NCBI GenBank assembly: GCA_963777505.1
Contig: CAVZQN010000004.1
Span: 1,728,001 to 1,792,000 of the forward strand
Length of the DNA stretch: 64,000 nucleotides
Source: an uncultured bacterium
GTDB lineage: Bacteria; Acidobacteriota; HRBIN11; JAKEFK01
Direction of reading: 5' to 3'
Shown here piece by piece: positions 8,891-18,673 of this stretch (its first letter is position 1; every line of letters begins with the position of its first letter). The translations under genes were made by a program, and so were the position numbers. The notes beneath the pieces are model-generated. The model searched no databases and was not told the origin of the DNA. It saw only the letters and a list, made by a program, of their open reading frames with translations.

Positions 8891-9692
8891 CTATTCTTTG
8901 ATTTTCGTACCGCCTAAAGGCACTGACGGGATTCCCGGGTCTTGGTCGACTTTCTTCTGGAAATCCGCGCCGCCCAAGGGTATGGATGGGAATTTCGTTT
9001 CAGTAGGAAGCTTCTTCTGAAAATCTTCACCACCCAGCGGTACGGAATTAGGAAATCCGGATTCTTTTGAAATTTTGTCTTGGAAATCTTTACCTCCAAG
9101 TGGCACAGAAGGGATACCTGAATCCTGAGAGATCTTTTGCTGAAAATCTTTGCCGCCAAGAGGCACAGAAGGAATTCCCGAATCTTTCGAGATCTTGTTT
9201 TGAAAATCTCTCCCGCCCAGGGGAACAGAGGGAATGGATTTTTGTAATTCCAACTGACGGGCCGTACCTGAAGTATTCAACTCAGATGTTTTCGACGACT
9301 TCGCTTCCTGTGAAATTTTCTCTTTCACTTTTTGTGAAGTTGTATGGTCCGGATTGAGTGTTTTTAGAAGTTTCTCCCTGCTGAATGCAGAGAGTTTGTA
9401 TTCCAATTTCTCCGCAAGGCCTGCGTTTGATGTAAGCAGGTTGTACATATATTGTTTGTCTTCGGTCGAGAGGTTCTTGAACGTGTTTTCAAGATGATCG
9501 ACTCTTGCTTTGGCTGCTTTGATGTCGCCTTTCTGAACGGGTTGATTCAAAGTGTTTAGAGTCTCGGTAAGGATTTCAGTTTGTCTTTCGGCTATTTTGT
9601 TTTCATCTGCCGTGAGTTCCTGATTATTCGTTTATTTTCTGATCCATCCAGGCAGGATCGGTGGTGGGATTATTCGAGCCGATTCTAGTCAT
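8891..9692 (-). CDS. Hypothetical protein with C-terminal ~20-aa tandem repeats; 5' part apparently frameshifted
   Basis: ORF 8891-9550 has six PS(V/I)PLGG-type units; a GGAGG RBS and ATG at 9692 (MTRIGSNNPTT...) join this frame after removal of one base near 9630-9640. Confidence 0.65.
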
Positions 9693-9816
9693 TTTGTTGC
9701 CTCCTACGTCATCTGCTATCAATTCAAAAGCAGTTCAATAACAAAGACGTAGGCTGAATCGACTGAACGGCCGTATTTGGTAGGCCTTTTCCAATTGTGG
9801 GATTTCGACCTCAATG

Positions 9817-10458
9817 TCACTGCACTACAACTTTGAATGGGTAACCGCTGATTACCTCAGGCACATCGTCGGTGAATCCGGAAAGTTCAAAGATATAATT
9901 TTCCTCTTCGACGAATTTGGCTGGCATCCCAAATTGAACTGTTTTTCCAACAGGCCTAAGTTTGCTGCTTTGCCAGAGAGATTTGTCCGCATCAAGATCC
10001 TTTAGCGCGACTTGATATTCGGAAAAGCCGGTATTTTCTAGTTGCAATGTAACTGCGACATAATCGACCTCTGGAGGAAGCGGGAGGAGTTGTACTTTTC
10101 CGGACGCTCTAGTTTGAGGCGATAGACTTAACTCGACGATTTTCACATCGCCTGGGTCTTCTTGAGGTCGCTGTTGAGATGCAAGTTGTCTTTGAGCTCG
10201 CGTCAGTTTTTGGCGAACGTCAGAAAGTTCTTTTTTTGTTTCGGCTTCCGCGGACTCTTGGTTAGAAACCTGTTGCTGCAACTGTTGTTCGCGTCGTTCA
10301 AGTAAATCCCGTTCTTTTTGTAATTGTGCAATTCGATCATGCATTACCATCTGTTCACGCAGTAGATAGCCAGCTGCCACCAGCATGACCAACAGAGCGG
10401 CCGCAAGTGCCCATTGCAATGCCGATCCACGAGATTGCTTGTTAGTTGTTTCGTTCAC
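9817..10458 (-). CDS. Hypothetical membrane-anchored protein (TM helix, coiled coil, beta-rich C-terminal domain)
   Basis: WALAAALLVMLVAAGYLL TM segment; Q/E-rich coil; C-terminal beta-strand pattern. Confidence 0.7.
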   Translation of the reverse strand: MNETTNKQSRGSALQWALAAALLVMLVAAGYLLREQMVMHDRIAQLQKERDLLERREQQLQQQVSNQESAEAETKKELSDVRQKLTRAQRQLASQQRPQEDPGDVKIVELSLSPQTRASGKVQLLPLPPEVDYVAVTLQLENTGFSEYQVALKDLDADKSLWQSSKLRPVGKTVQFGMPAKFVEEENYIFELSGFTDDVPEVISGYPFKVVVQ

Positions 10459-10563
10459 TATAGATCCAAGTGTGAAATCGTTGCTTTCGAGGCAATCAAC
10501 TCCAGATCATTTTCTCACAATTCGATAATATGATTAGGAATTTGTAACGCTTGCGCGCGGCCA

Positions 10564-10645
10564 TGCGGGCAAGGATGCCCGCGCTCCGTAATGCAGGCAA
10601 AGATGCCTGCGTCCCGTAATGCGGGCAGGATGCCCGCGCTCCGTA
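10564..10645 (+). repeat. Tandem array of 3 REP-like hairpins (family A)
   Basis: ~28-nt units TGC(G/A)GGC-loop-GCC(C/T)GC-G..CCGTAA with compensatory stem changes. Confidence 0.85.
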
Positions 10646-10657
10646 TAAAATACATCT

Positions 10658-12019
10658 ATGCTGCGATCGTTGTTGATTCAAGAAGACGAAATCGGGCTGT
10701 TAACGGACCTGTACGAGATCACAATGTCGGCAGCGTATTGGTCTCAAAGCTTGAACCAACAAGCGACCTTCGAGTTGTATTTTCGAAGGCTGCCTCTCAA
10801 TCGTTCGTATATTCTTGCCGCAGGACTTGAGCAGGCATTGCATTATCTCACCTCATTTCGATTCACAGCAGAATCGATCAATTATTTGCGATCTCTGGAA
10901 GTGTTTAAACACGTAGAGAAGGGTTTTTGGGATTTTCTATCAGAATTGAAATTTACCGGTGACGTTCGCGCAGTTCCTGAAGGTACACCGATTTTTCCGC
11001 TGGAACCTGTACTGCAAATTACAGCTCCGCTGATTGAAGCTCAAATCGCGGAAACGTATTTGCTTTCCGTGATGAACATGCAATCGATGATCGCAACAAA
11101 AGCAGCCAGAGTCACCACGGCTGCATCGGGCGTTCCCTGCGTTGAATTTGGCGGCAGGCGTGCACATGGACCACAGGCGGCATTATATGCTGCGCGCGCT
11201 TCTTACATTGGAGGCTGCATTGGCACATCCAATACACTTGCGGGACAAATGTGCGGCATTCCAGTGTTTGGCACCGCAGCACACTCATTCATCATGGCCT
11301 TTCCAACCGAACTTGATTCATTTAAAGCTTTCCAAAATGTGTTTCCCAATGACTCAATTTTGTTAATCGATACATATGACACTCTTGCTGCTGCAGAAAA
11401 AATAAAAGAACTCGTAGATGTTAAAGCTGTCAGAATCGATAGCGGAAATCTTGCGGAACTTGCGCGAAAGGTTCGAACCATTCTTGATCGCAACAAAATG
11501 CAAGACGTCAAAATTTTCCTTTCAGGTGATTTAAATGAATATAAAATTCATGATCTTCTTAAGAATCGCGTTCCTGTAGATTATTTTGGCGTTGGAACTG
11601 AACTAGCTACTTCATATGATGACCCTGCAATGAGCGGAGTTTATAAAATGGTAGAACTCCAAAGCGATACAGGCATGGTTCCAAAAATTAAGACAAGCCC
11701 AGACAAGCCATCGTATCCAGGTAAGAAACAAGTATTTCGATTTGAAGCAGGTGGTTTTTATAAGAAGGATGTAATTGCACTTGAAAATGAGCCGGTACCA
11801 CAACCTGGAATTCCACTGCTTAAAGACGTTATGAAAAACGGAGTGCTGGTGGAGGAACTCCCAACAATTGAAGACTCAAGGAAATTTGCTCTAGGTAATC
11901 TGGCTCATCTTCCGAATGAATTTCACGATCTTGAAAAGCCAGCGCAGTATGAGATCAATCTCTCCGAGACGTTGATTGATTTGCACAAGAGCATTGCCGC
12001 CAGGGTTGGGTCACATTAA
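10658..12019 (+). CDS. pncB: Nicotinate phosphoribosyltransferase
   Basis: LLTDLYEITM, EFGGRRAHG, GTAAHSF, LIDTYDT, VRIDSG, GVYKMVE; upstream of nadE. Confidence 0.95.
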   Translation: MLRSLLIQEDEIGLLTDLYEITMSAAYWSQSLNQQATFELYFRRLPLNRSYILAAGLEQALHYLTSFRFTAESINYLRSLEVFKHVEKGFWDFLSELKFTGDVRAVPEGTPIFPLEPVLQITAPLIEAQIAETYLLSVMNMQSMIATKAARVTTAASGVPCVEFGGRRAHGPQAALYAARASYIGGCIGTSNTLAGQMCGIPVFGTAAHSFIMAFPTELDSFKAFQNVFPNDSILLIDTYDTLAAAEKIKELVDVKAVRIDSGNLAELARKVRTILDRNKMQDVKIFLSGDLNEYKIHDLLKNRVPVDYFGVGTELATSYDDPAMSGVYKMVELQSDTGMVPKIKTSPDKPSYPGKKQVFRFEAGGFYKKDVIALENEPVPQPGIPLLKDVMKNGVLVEELPTIEDSRKFALGNLAHLPNEFHDLEKPAQYEINLSETLIDLHKSIAARVGSH

Positions 12020-12028
12020 TCTATTCAT

Positions 12029-13666
12029 ATGAAAGTTGCCCTTGGACAGATCAATACGACCGTAGGTGCGTTGAAAGAGAACGTACGAAAGATTCTCGAT
12101 TACACAACGCAGGCAAAAGGGAAGGCCGACATTATCCTGTTTCCGGAGCTGGCGATCGCCGGTTATCCTCCGAAAGATCTTTTGGAAAAACAGGATTTTA
12201 TTGAAGCGAATCTCACAGCACTAAATCAGCTCGCTGAGCAAATTGAAGGGATCGATGTTGTAGTCGGTTTCGCAGAACCGAACCGCGCACCTCAAGGCAA
12301 ACCGTGTTTTAATTCCGCGGCTGTCATTCGCGACCGCAAAGTTGTTTCGATTCATCGAAAGACTTTGCTGCCTACCTACGATGTCTTTGATGAAGGTCGT
12401 TATTTTGAACCTGCAAGAACTCATGATCTTGTGATGATTGAAGGTCATCAGGTTGGCGTTACAGTTTGTGAAGATGTTTGGAATGACAAGGATTCATTTT
12501 CACGGCCGTTATATCACACCGATCCGTTACAGATTCAAGTCAAAATGGGCGCCGAATACATCTTGAATATTTCAGCGTCTCCGTATCATAAAGAAAAGTG
12601 GGAAGAGCGTCACAATTTATTACAGAATGAAGCGCGTAAATATAAGAAGTATGTGGTTTATGTGAATCTGGTTGGTGGAAATGATGAACTAATTTTTGAT
12701 GGACGAAGCATCATCATTTCTCCGGAAGGGGAAGTCGTCGCGCGCGCGAAAGATTTTGAAGAAGACCTTTTGATTTTCGATCTGGATTCTAAAGAACCGA
12801 TTATCCGTTCTGGCAGCAATAGCATGATCGAAAATGCCGAAAAGGCTCTTGTGCTTGGGACACGTGACTATGTATCTAAATGCGGCTTTTCAAAAGTGCA
12901 TATGGGTTTGAGCGGGGGTGTGGACTCCGCTGTCACATGCGTGCTCGCGGTGAAAGCGCTAGGTGCAGAAAATGTACTGGGTGTGATGATGCCATCACAA
13001 TATTCTTCGGACCATTCAATTTCTGACGCTGTCGCGCTCGCAAAAAACTTAGGGATCAAATATGAAATTATCCCAATTGAAAATACGTTCAATGTATACC
13101 GCAAGGAATTAAAACCGATTTTCAAAGACGCTCCTGAAGACGTAACGGAAGAGAATTTGCAAGCACGGATCCGCGGAAATTTGTTGATGGCTCTTTCGAA
13201 TAAATACAATTTTCTTTTGTTAAGCACAGGAAATAAATCCGAACTTGCTGTAGGCTACACCACTTTATATGGCGATAGCTGCGGCGGTCTTGCTGTGATT
13301 TCCGATCTGCCGAAAACAATGGTGTATGAACTTGCAAATCACATGAATCGTGAACGCGAAATTATTCCGAAAAATACAATTACAAAGGCGCCAAGCGCTG
13401 AACTTCGTCCAGGACAGAAGGATTCTGATTCATTGCCGCAGTATGAAACTCTGGATCCCATTCTTGAGGGTTACGTAGAAGATAATCTTGGAGTGGAAGA
13501 AATTGTAGCGCGTACTGGTGCGGATGCAGCGCTTGTACAAAAGATCTTGCGGATGGTTGATCGTGCGGAATATAAACGCAAACAACTTCCAATCGGTTTA
13601 AAAATTACGACGAAAGCTTTTGGTTTTGGCCGGCGCATGCCAATCGCGCAGAAGTTCGAGCATTAA
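12029..13666 (+). CDS. nadE: Glutamine-dependent NAD+ synthetase
   Basis: Nitrilase domain (FPEL, K, CEDVW) plus GLSGGVDS, ENLQARIR, TGNKSE and APSAELRPGQKD. Confidence 0.96.
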   Translation: MKVALGQINTTVGALKENVRKILDYTTQAKGKADIILFPELAIAGYPPKDLLEKQDFIEANLTALNQLAEQIEGIDVVVGFAEPNRAPQGKPCFNSAAVIRDRKVVSIHRKTLLPTYDVFDEGRYFEPARTHDLVMIEGHQVGVTVCEDVWNDKDSFSRPLYHTDPLQIQVKMGAEYILNISASPYHKEKWEERHNLLQNEARKYKKYVVYVNLVGGNDELIFDGRSIIISPEGEVVARAKDFEEDLLIFDLDSKEPIIRSGSNSMIENAEKALVLGTRDYVSKCGFSKVHMGLSGGVDSAVTCVLAVKALGAENVLGVMMPSQYSSDHSISDAVALAKNLGIKYEIIPIENTFNVYRKELKPIFKDAPEDVTEENLQARIRGNLLMALSNKYNFLLLSTGNKSELAVGYTTLYGDSCGGLAVISDLPKTMVYELANHMNREREIIPKNTITKAPSAELRPGQKDSDSLPQYETLDPILEGYVEDNLGVEEIVARTGADAALVQKILRMVDRAEYKRKQLPIGLKITTKAFGFGRRMPIAQKFEH

Positions 13667-13682
13667 CCGCAGAGACGCAAAG

Positions 13683-15128
13683 CTATCCTTTCACGACGCC
13701 GATGGGGCGGAGGCGTACAACTTTACGGCTGATTCCGGAGTTGTGCATTACATCTACAACTGCGTGAACATTCTTATACGCTTCAGGCATTTCTTCCGCA
13801 ACGGTACGCATTCCTTTTGCCATTACGCTGATGCCTTTCTTTTTCATTTCATTAATGATGTTACGTCCGCGTGCAGTTTCCGTTGCTTTTTTACGGCTCA
13901 TCACACGTCCTGCGCCATGGCATGAACTGCCGAACGTTTCATCCATCGCTTTGTTTGTTCCAACAAGAACATACGATGCATTTCCCATGTCACCTGGAAT
14001 TAGAACAGGCTGGCCGAGATCACGATACACTTCAGGAAGTTGAGCGTGACCCGGCGGAAAAGCGCGAGTTGCTCCTTTGCGATGGATACACAATTCTTTT
14101 TCTTTGCCATTGATTCGATGCTTTTCAAATTTTGCGATGTTGTGACAAACATCATAAACAAGACGCCAACCCAGTTCCTCTTCAGACATCTTCATTGATT
14201 CAACGATCGCCTTTTTTGCAAGATGCATCATCGCTTGCCTGTTTGCCCATGCAAAATTGGCAGCAGCAGCCATCGCACCGAGATAACTTCTGCCTTCCTC
14301 GGAACGAACCGGTACGCAAGCAAGCTGAAGATCGGGCAATTGAATTCCATGATGTTTCATTGCAGACTGCATCGTTCGTAAATAATCCTGACAAACCTGA
14401 TGTCCGAGTCCGCGTGAACCGCTATGAATAAAAATGCAAAGATTTCCTTGTTCTAAACCCAGAGCCTCGGCGACTTTTGAATCAAAGATTTCATCAACAA
14501 TGTCGAGTTCAAGAAAATGGTTTCCGGATCCTAATGAGCCAAGTTGACCGCTTCCGCGATCGAAGGCTTCTTTTGAAACAGAATCAGGATCGGCGCTCTT
14601 CAAACAACCATATTCTTCCGTTCGCGCGAGATCATCTTCCGTTCCCATTTCTCTCTCAACAACCCAGCGTGATCCTTTACCAAGAATTTCATGTAACTCA
14701 GGCTTGCTTAACTTTTTAACTCCGCTTGCAGATCCAACGCCGGATGGTACGTGATAAAAGAGATTGCGGACAACATCATGCAGTTTGTCGCGCACATCTT
14801 CTTCTTTCAGATTAGTGCGAGCTAATCTCACACCGCAATTAATGTCGTAACCAACTCCACCTGGCGAAATAACTCCATCTGCATCTGGATCCGTTGCGCA
14901 AACTCCGCCAATCGGAAATCCGTAACCAAGATGAATATCAGGCATGGCAATCGAATACTTAACGATTCCCGGCAGATGCGCCACGTTTGCAACCTGCTTG
15001 AGCGAATCATCTTGTTTGATCGCATCTAGAAATTCTTCGCTTGCGTAAATTCTGCCAGGCACACGCATCCCGCCTGTTTTTGGAATTTCCCATAAATAGT
15101 CGTTAATCTTCTTAAGTTCCATAGACAC
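13683..15128 (-). CDS. rtcB: RNA 3'-phosphate/5'-OH ligase RtcB (long type)
   Basis: MPDIHLGYGFPIGG, GYDINCG, GSGNHFLE, HSGSRG, HRKGAT, HGAGR and EAYK motifs. Confidence 0.96.
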   Translation of the reverse strand: MSMELKKINDYLWEIPKTGGMRVPGRIYASEEFLDAIKQDDSLKQVANVAHLPGIVKYSIAMPDIHLGYGFPIGGVCATDPDADGVISPGGVGYDINCGVRLARTNLKEEDVRDKLHDVVRNLFYHVPSGVGSASGVKKLSKPELHEILGKGSRWVVEREMGTEDDLARTEEYGCLKSADPDSVSKEAFDRGSGQLGSLGSGNHFLELDIVDEIFDSKVAEALGLEQGNLCIFIHSGSRGLGHQVCQDYLRTMQSAMKHHGIQLPDLQLACVPVRSEEGRSYLGAMAAAANFAWANRQAMMHLAKKAIVESMKMSEEELGWRLVYDVCHNIAKFEKHRINGKEKELCIHRKGATRAFPPGHAQLPEVYRDLGQPVLIPGDMGNASYVLVGTNKAMDETFGSSCHGAGRVMSRKKATETARGRNIINEMKKKGISVMAKGMRTVAEEMPEAYKNVHAVVDVMHNSGISRKVVRLRPIGVVKG

Positions 15129-15151
15129 TAACTATTATAAACTTGGAGGTT

Positions 15152-15244
15152 GATTTCAGCACGAAGACACAACGGCACTAAAATGACGAAAAAAGAAATA
15201 TTATTATTTGTGATCCTTGGTGCTTAGTGTCTTCGTGTTAAATC
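15152..15244. repeat. Imperfect inverted repeat pair with no cargo
   Basis: CACGAAGACAC (15160-15170) pairs with GTGTCTTCGTG (15227-15237), with flanking extensions. Confidence 0.65.
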
Positions 15245-15252
15245 CTGGACTT

Positions 15253-16554
15253 ATGTTCACCGAAATCAAGCATTCGCAACAGAATTCGAACCCGCATGTA
15301 GTTGTGATTGGATCAGGTTTTGGTGGTCTCTACGCGGTGAAAAATCTTGCCAGAGCGCCTTTGCGAATCACGATTATTGACCGCAGCAATCATCATTTAT
15401 TTCAACCGCTCTTGTATCAGGTAGCAACCGCAGCCATTTCGCCGGGTGATATTGCTCAGCCAATTCGCAAAATCTTTCGCCGTTACAAAAATGTTCAGGT
15501 ATTGATGACTGAGGCCGAATCGATTGATGTTGAACGGAAGCGAGTTGACTGTACAGACGGATTCATCTCCTACGACTTTTTGATTGTTGCAACAGGCGCA
15601 ACACATGCCTATTTCGGACATGAGGAGTGGAGTCAAATTGCTCCCGGCTTGAAATCACTGGAAGATGCGATCGAAATGAGGCGCATGTTTTTGACAGCGT
15701 TTGAAGAAGCGGAAAAAGAGCCAGATCAAAAACGGCGCGAAGCATTGATGAAGTTTGTAATTGTAGGTGCTGGGCCCACAGGGGTTGAATTGGCAGGCAC
15801 AATCTCAGAAGTTGCACGGCGAGCACTTGCTGAAGAATTTCGGCATATAGATTCACGCCAGTCGCGAGTGATTTTGCTTGAAGGCGGTCCTCGAGTTTTA
15901 CCGGCGTATCCGGAAAGTTTATCTGAAAGTGCGCGAAGGCAACTGGAAAAACTTGGAGTTGAAGTGCGCACGAATTCGCTTGTAACAAACATTGAAGAGG
16001 GAGCAGTTTATGTAGGCAATGAAAAGATTGCGACTGAATGTATTTTCTGGGCCGCCGGAGTCGCAGCTTCACCGTTAGTCAAATCTCTTGGTGCTTCAAT
16101 CGATCGTGCTGGAAGAGTCAAAGTAAACACAAACTTATCAATCGATGGTCATCCGGAAGTTTTAGTCATCGGAGATACAGCGGCTGTTATCGATGCAGAA
16201 GGAAAACAGGTGCCTGGAGTCGCACCGGCAGCGATTCAAATGGGACAATACGCCGCAAAATCGATTCGAGCCAAATTAAAAGGAAAATCGATCAAACCAT
16301 TTTCATATTGGGATAAAGGGAGTCTTGCCACAATCGGTCGTGCTGCGGCTGTAGGGTACATCGGAAAGCTGAAAATTTCCGGATTTATTGCATGGATTGG
16401 ATGGCTGTTGGTTCACATCATGTTTTTAATCGGCTTTCGTAATCGTCTTTTTGTAATTTTGCAATGGGGCTGGGCCTATTTCATGTTCAGCATGAGCGCA
16501 CAATTGATCACATACTACGATTTGCAAAAACGTGAAACCAAAAAGCCAGTCTAG
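15253..16554 (+). CDS. ndh: Type II NADH dehydrogenase-family FAD oxidoreductase
   Basis: IGSGFGG, HLFQPLLYQVATA, GAGPTGVELAG, WAAGV and APAAIQMG. Confidence 0.92.
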   Translation: MFTEIKHSQQNSNPHVVVIGSGFGGLYAVKNLARAPLRITIIDRSNHHLFQPLLYQVATAAISPGDIAQPIRKIFRRYKNVQVLMTEAESIDVERKRVDCTDGFISYDFLIVATGATHAYFGHEEWSQIAPGLKSLEDAIEMRRMFLTAFEEAEKEPDQKRREALMKFVIVGAGPTGVELAGTISEVARRALAEEFRHIDSRQSRVILLEGGPRVLPAYPESLSESARRQLEKLGVEVRTNSLVTNIEEGAVYVGNEKIATECIFWAAGVAASPLVKSLGASIDRAGRVKVNTNLSIDGHPEVLVIGDTAAVIDAEGKQVPGVAPAAIQMGQYAAKSIRAKLKGKSIKPFSYWDKGSLATIGRAAAVGYIGKLKISGFIAWIGWLLVHIMFLIGFRNRLFVILQWGWAYFMFSMSAQLITYYDLQKRETKKPV

Positions 16555-16559
16555 AAATT

Positions 16560-16611
16560 CGGAGCGCGGACATCCTGTCCGCATTAAGGGCCGCAGGCAT
16601 CTTGCCTGCAA
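16560..16611 (-). repeat. REP-like doublet (family A), left bracket of the FGE gene
   Basis: Near-exact reverse complement of 17312-17364. Confidence 0.85.
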
Positions 16612-16620
16612 GAGTTTTTT

Positions 16621-17283
16621 GTGACTATTGTCGAACTTATTTCTATCCCCAGCGGCACTTTTCTCATGGGATCCGAAAATGGTTCCGATGACGAACGACC
16701 GGTACACAAAGTTTTTGTTAGTCCATATCAAATCGGACGTTTTCCCGTTACAAATCGAGAGTTCAAGGAATTTGCAGTAAACCATTCGCTGCAACCAGGC
16801 TTTGATCATCCGGACCAACCTGTAACAAGTGTTAGTTGGTTTGATGCAGTAGCGTATTGCGACTGGCTATCAAAAGAAACCGGAAAGCTTTATCGATTGC
16901 CAACCGAAGCAGAATGGGAATTTGCCGCTACTTCAGGCAACCCACGAAATATTTATCCTTGGGGAATCCGAACATGGGATGAATGGCCGGAATTGCATCA
17001 GCGTTTTTTAAACGGACCAGAGACTGTTGGGTCATTTAATCCGAATGAATTTGGGATTCATGATATGGGAATGAATGTGCATGAATGGTGCTGTGATTGG
17101 TACGATCGCGAATATTATTCAAGTTCGCTTTTTGAAAATCCAAAAGGTCCACCAAAGGGAACCCGCAGATCTTCTCGTGGTGGTTCATGGCGTCATCAAA
17201 TCAAAATCACACGATGCGCGGCGCGCAGTTCAATCCCACCTGGAATGCGGTATGCGGATTATGGGTTTCGAATTGTAATTTAA
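16621..17283 (+). CDS. Formylglycine-generating enzyme (SUMF1/EgtB/PvdO) domain protein
   Basis: FLMGS, RLPTEAEWEFAA, NVHEWC, RGGSW and GFR motifs. Confidence 0.9.
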   Translation: MTIVELISIPSGTFLMGSENGSDDERPVHKVFVSPYQIGRFPVTNREFKEFAVNHSLQPGFDHPDQPVTSVSWFDAVAYCDWLSKETGKLYRLPTEAEWEFAATSGNPRNIYPWGIRTWDEWPELHQRFLNGPETVGSFNPNEFGIHDMGMNVHEWCCDWYDREYYSSSLFENPKGPPKGTRRSSRGGSWRHQIKITRCAARSSIPPGMRYADYGFRIVI

Positions 17284-17311
17284 CAACAAAAAAAGAACGA
17301 GAAAAAGAACT

Positions 17312-17364
17312 TTGCAGGCAAGATGCCTGCGGCCCGAAATGCGGACAAGGATGTCCGCGCTCCG
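17312..17364 (+). repeat. REP-like doublet (family A), right bracket of the FGE gene
   Basis: TTGCAGGCAAGATGCCTGCGGCCCGAAATGCGGACAAGGATGTCCGCGCTCCG. Confidence 0.85.
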
Positions 17365-17370
17365 ATCTTC

Positions 17371-18618
17371 CTAGTCTACCTTTTTCAAAACGAGGGCGCT
17401 ATTTTTTGAACCAAAGGCAATGCAATTGCACAATGCGATATTCACGCTGGCGCTGCGAGATTGATTTGGCACATAGTCCAGATCGCAAAGTGGATCAGGA
17501 TTTTCGATGTTTATTGTTGGGTGGATGACGGATTCATTTAAAGCCAGACATGCTGCAGCAACTCCAGCCGCTCCACAAGCCCCTTGCGGATGGCCAATCA
17601 TCGATTTTGTGGAACTGCTTGGAATGCGATGCGCACGGCTATTAAAGACTTTTTTCATAGCCAGAGTTTCAATTTCATCATTAAGTTTCGTGGCCGTTCC
17701 ATGCAGATTGATGTACTCAACTTCATCCGTCACAAGACCGGCAGATTCGAGTGCCTTTTGAACAGCACGCGCTGATTCATCGCCTCCGGGCATAATTTGA
17801 AATTTATGGTATGCATCGCATGTCGAACCATATCCTGCAATTTCTCCGTAAATTTTTGCATTTCTTGCAACCGCACTTTCGTAACTTTCCAAAACAAACA
17901 TCCACGAACCTTCGGAAAGAATGAAACCATCTCGATCCGCATTAAATGGACGCGACGCGCGCTGCGGCGCATGATTCCATTTTGTCGAAGTTGTTCCCAT
18001 CAACACAAAACCAGTAAGAATTCCGGGAGTGATGCAGGCTTCAGCCCCACCCGCAAGCGCATATTTCACCATGCCGCTCCGGATCATGCTTGCCGCATAC
18101 GCAATCGCATCTGTTGAACTTGTGCAGCCTGTTGATAGTACGTGGCTCGGACCACGAAATCCAAAATGAATACTCACTTCGCTGGAAACCATTCCAACAA
18201 ACGAAGAAACGATTGCAAATGGACTTACGCGCGTTTCAACCGGTGAGAAAAATTTTTCATATTCACGTTCTGCAAAATCAAGACCCCCACCACCGGTTCC
18301 AATAAAAACACCAACATCCTGTCTTTGATTCTCAGTGAGTGTAGCGTAAGGAATTTCCGCGTCTTTTAATGCTTCTTCAGATGCGAGAACTGCAAGAGGA
18401 ACGATTCGTGGAACACGGCGTCTATCTTTCGGAGGAAGACATTCATACGTGAGGTTTTTTACTTCACCAACGACCGTGCAAGCCAGGCCATCTACTGGAA
18501 AAAGAGTTACAGTATCAAGACCACTTTTACCTGCGGATAACGCATCCCAGTATTCAGATCGGCTATTTCCATTTGGACTTTGAACACCGATCCCAGTTAT
18601 AACGACGCGCGTTGTCAT
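17371..18618 (-). CDS. Beta-ketoacyl synthase (FabF/type II PKS KS-alpha-like)
   Basis: Catalytic Cys in STGCTSS, HGTAT and KSMIGH; AFGSKN C-terminus. Confidence 0.9.
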   Translation of the reverse strand: MTTRVVITGIGVQSPNGNSRSEYWDALSAGKSGLDTVTLFPVDGLACTVVGEVKNLTYECLPPKDRRRVPRIVPLAVLASEEALKDAEIPYATLTENQRQDVGVFIGTGGGGLDFAEREYEKFFSPVETRVSPFAIVSSFVGMVSSEVSIHFGFRGPSHVLSTGCTSSTDAIAYAASMIRSGMVKYALAGGAEACITPGILTGFVLMGTTSTKWNHAPQRASRPFNADRDGFILSEGSWMFVLESYESAVARNAKIYGEIAGYGSTCDAYHKFQIMPGGDESARAVQKALESAGLVTDEVEYINLHGTATKLNDEIETLAMKKVFNSRAHRIPSSSTKSMIGHPQGACGAAGVAAACLALNESVIHPTINIENPDPLCDLDYVPNQSRSASVNIALCNCIAFGSKNSALVLKKVD

Positions 18619-18673
18619 ATTTTTAGAGTATAAAGATCATGACACACTAAGCGCCATGATATAAATTCTAATT

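Noticed and set aside
13683-15128. RtcB as partner of the tRNA-like RNA (Y RNA/Ro60-type locus)
   Set aside because: About 10 kb away with unrelated genes between; no Ro60, RtcA, RtcR or archease gene in the window
17371-18618. Complete aromatic type II PKS cluster
   Set aside because: No chain-length factor, ACP or cyclase genes in the window
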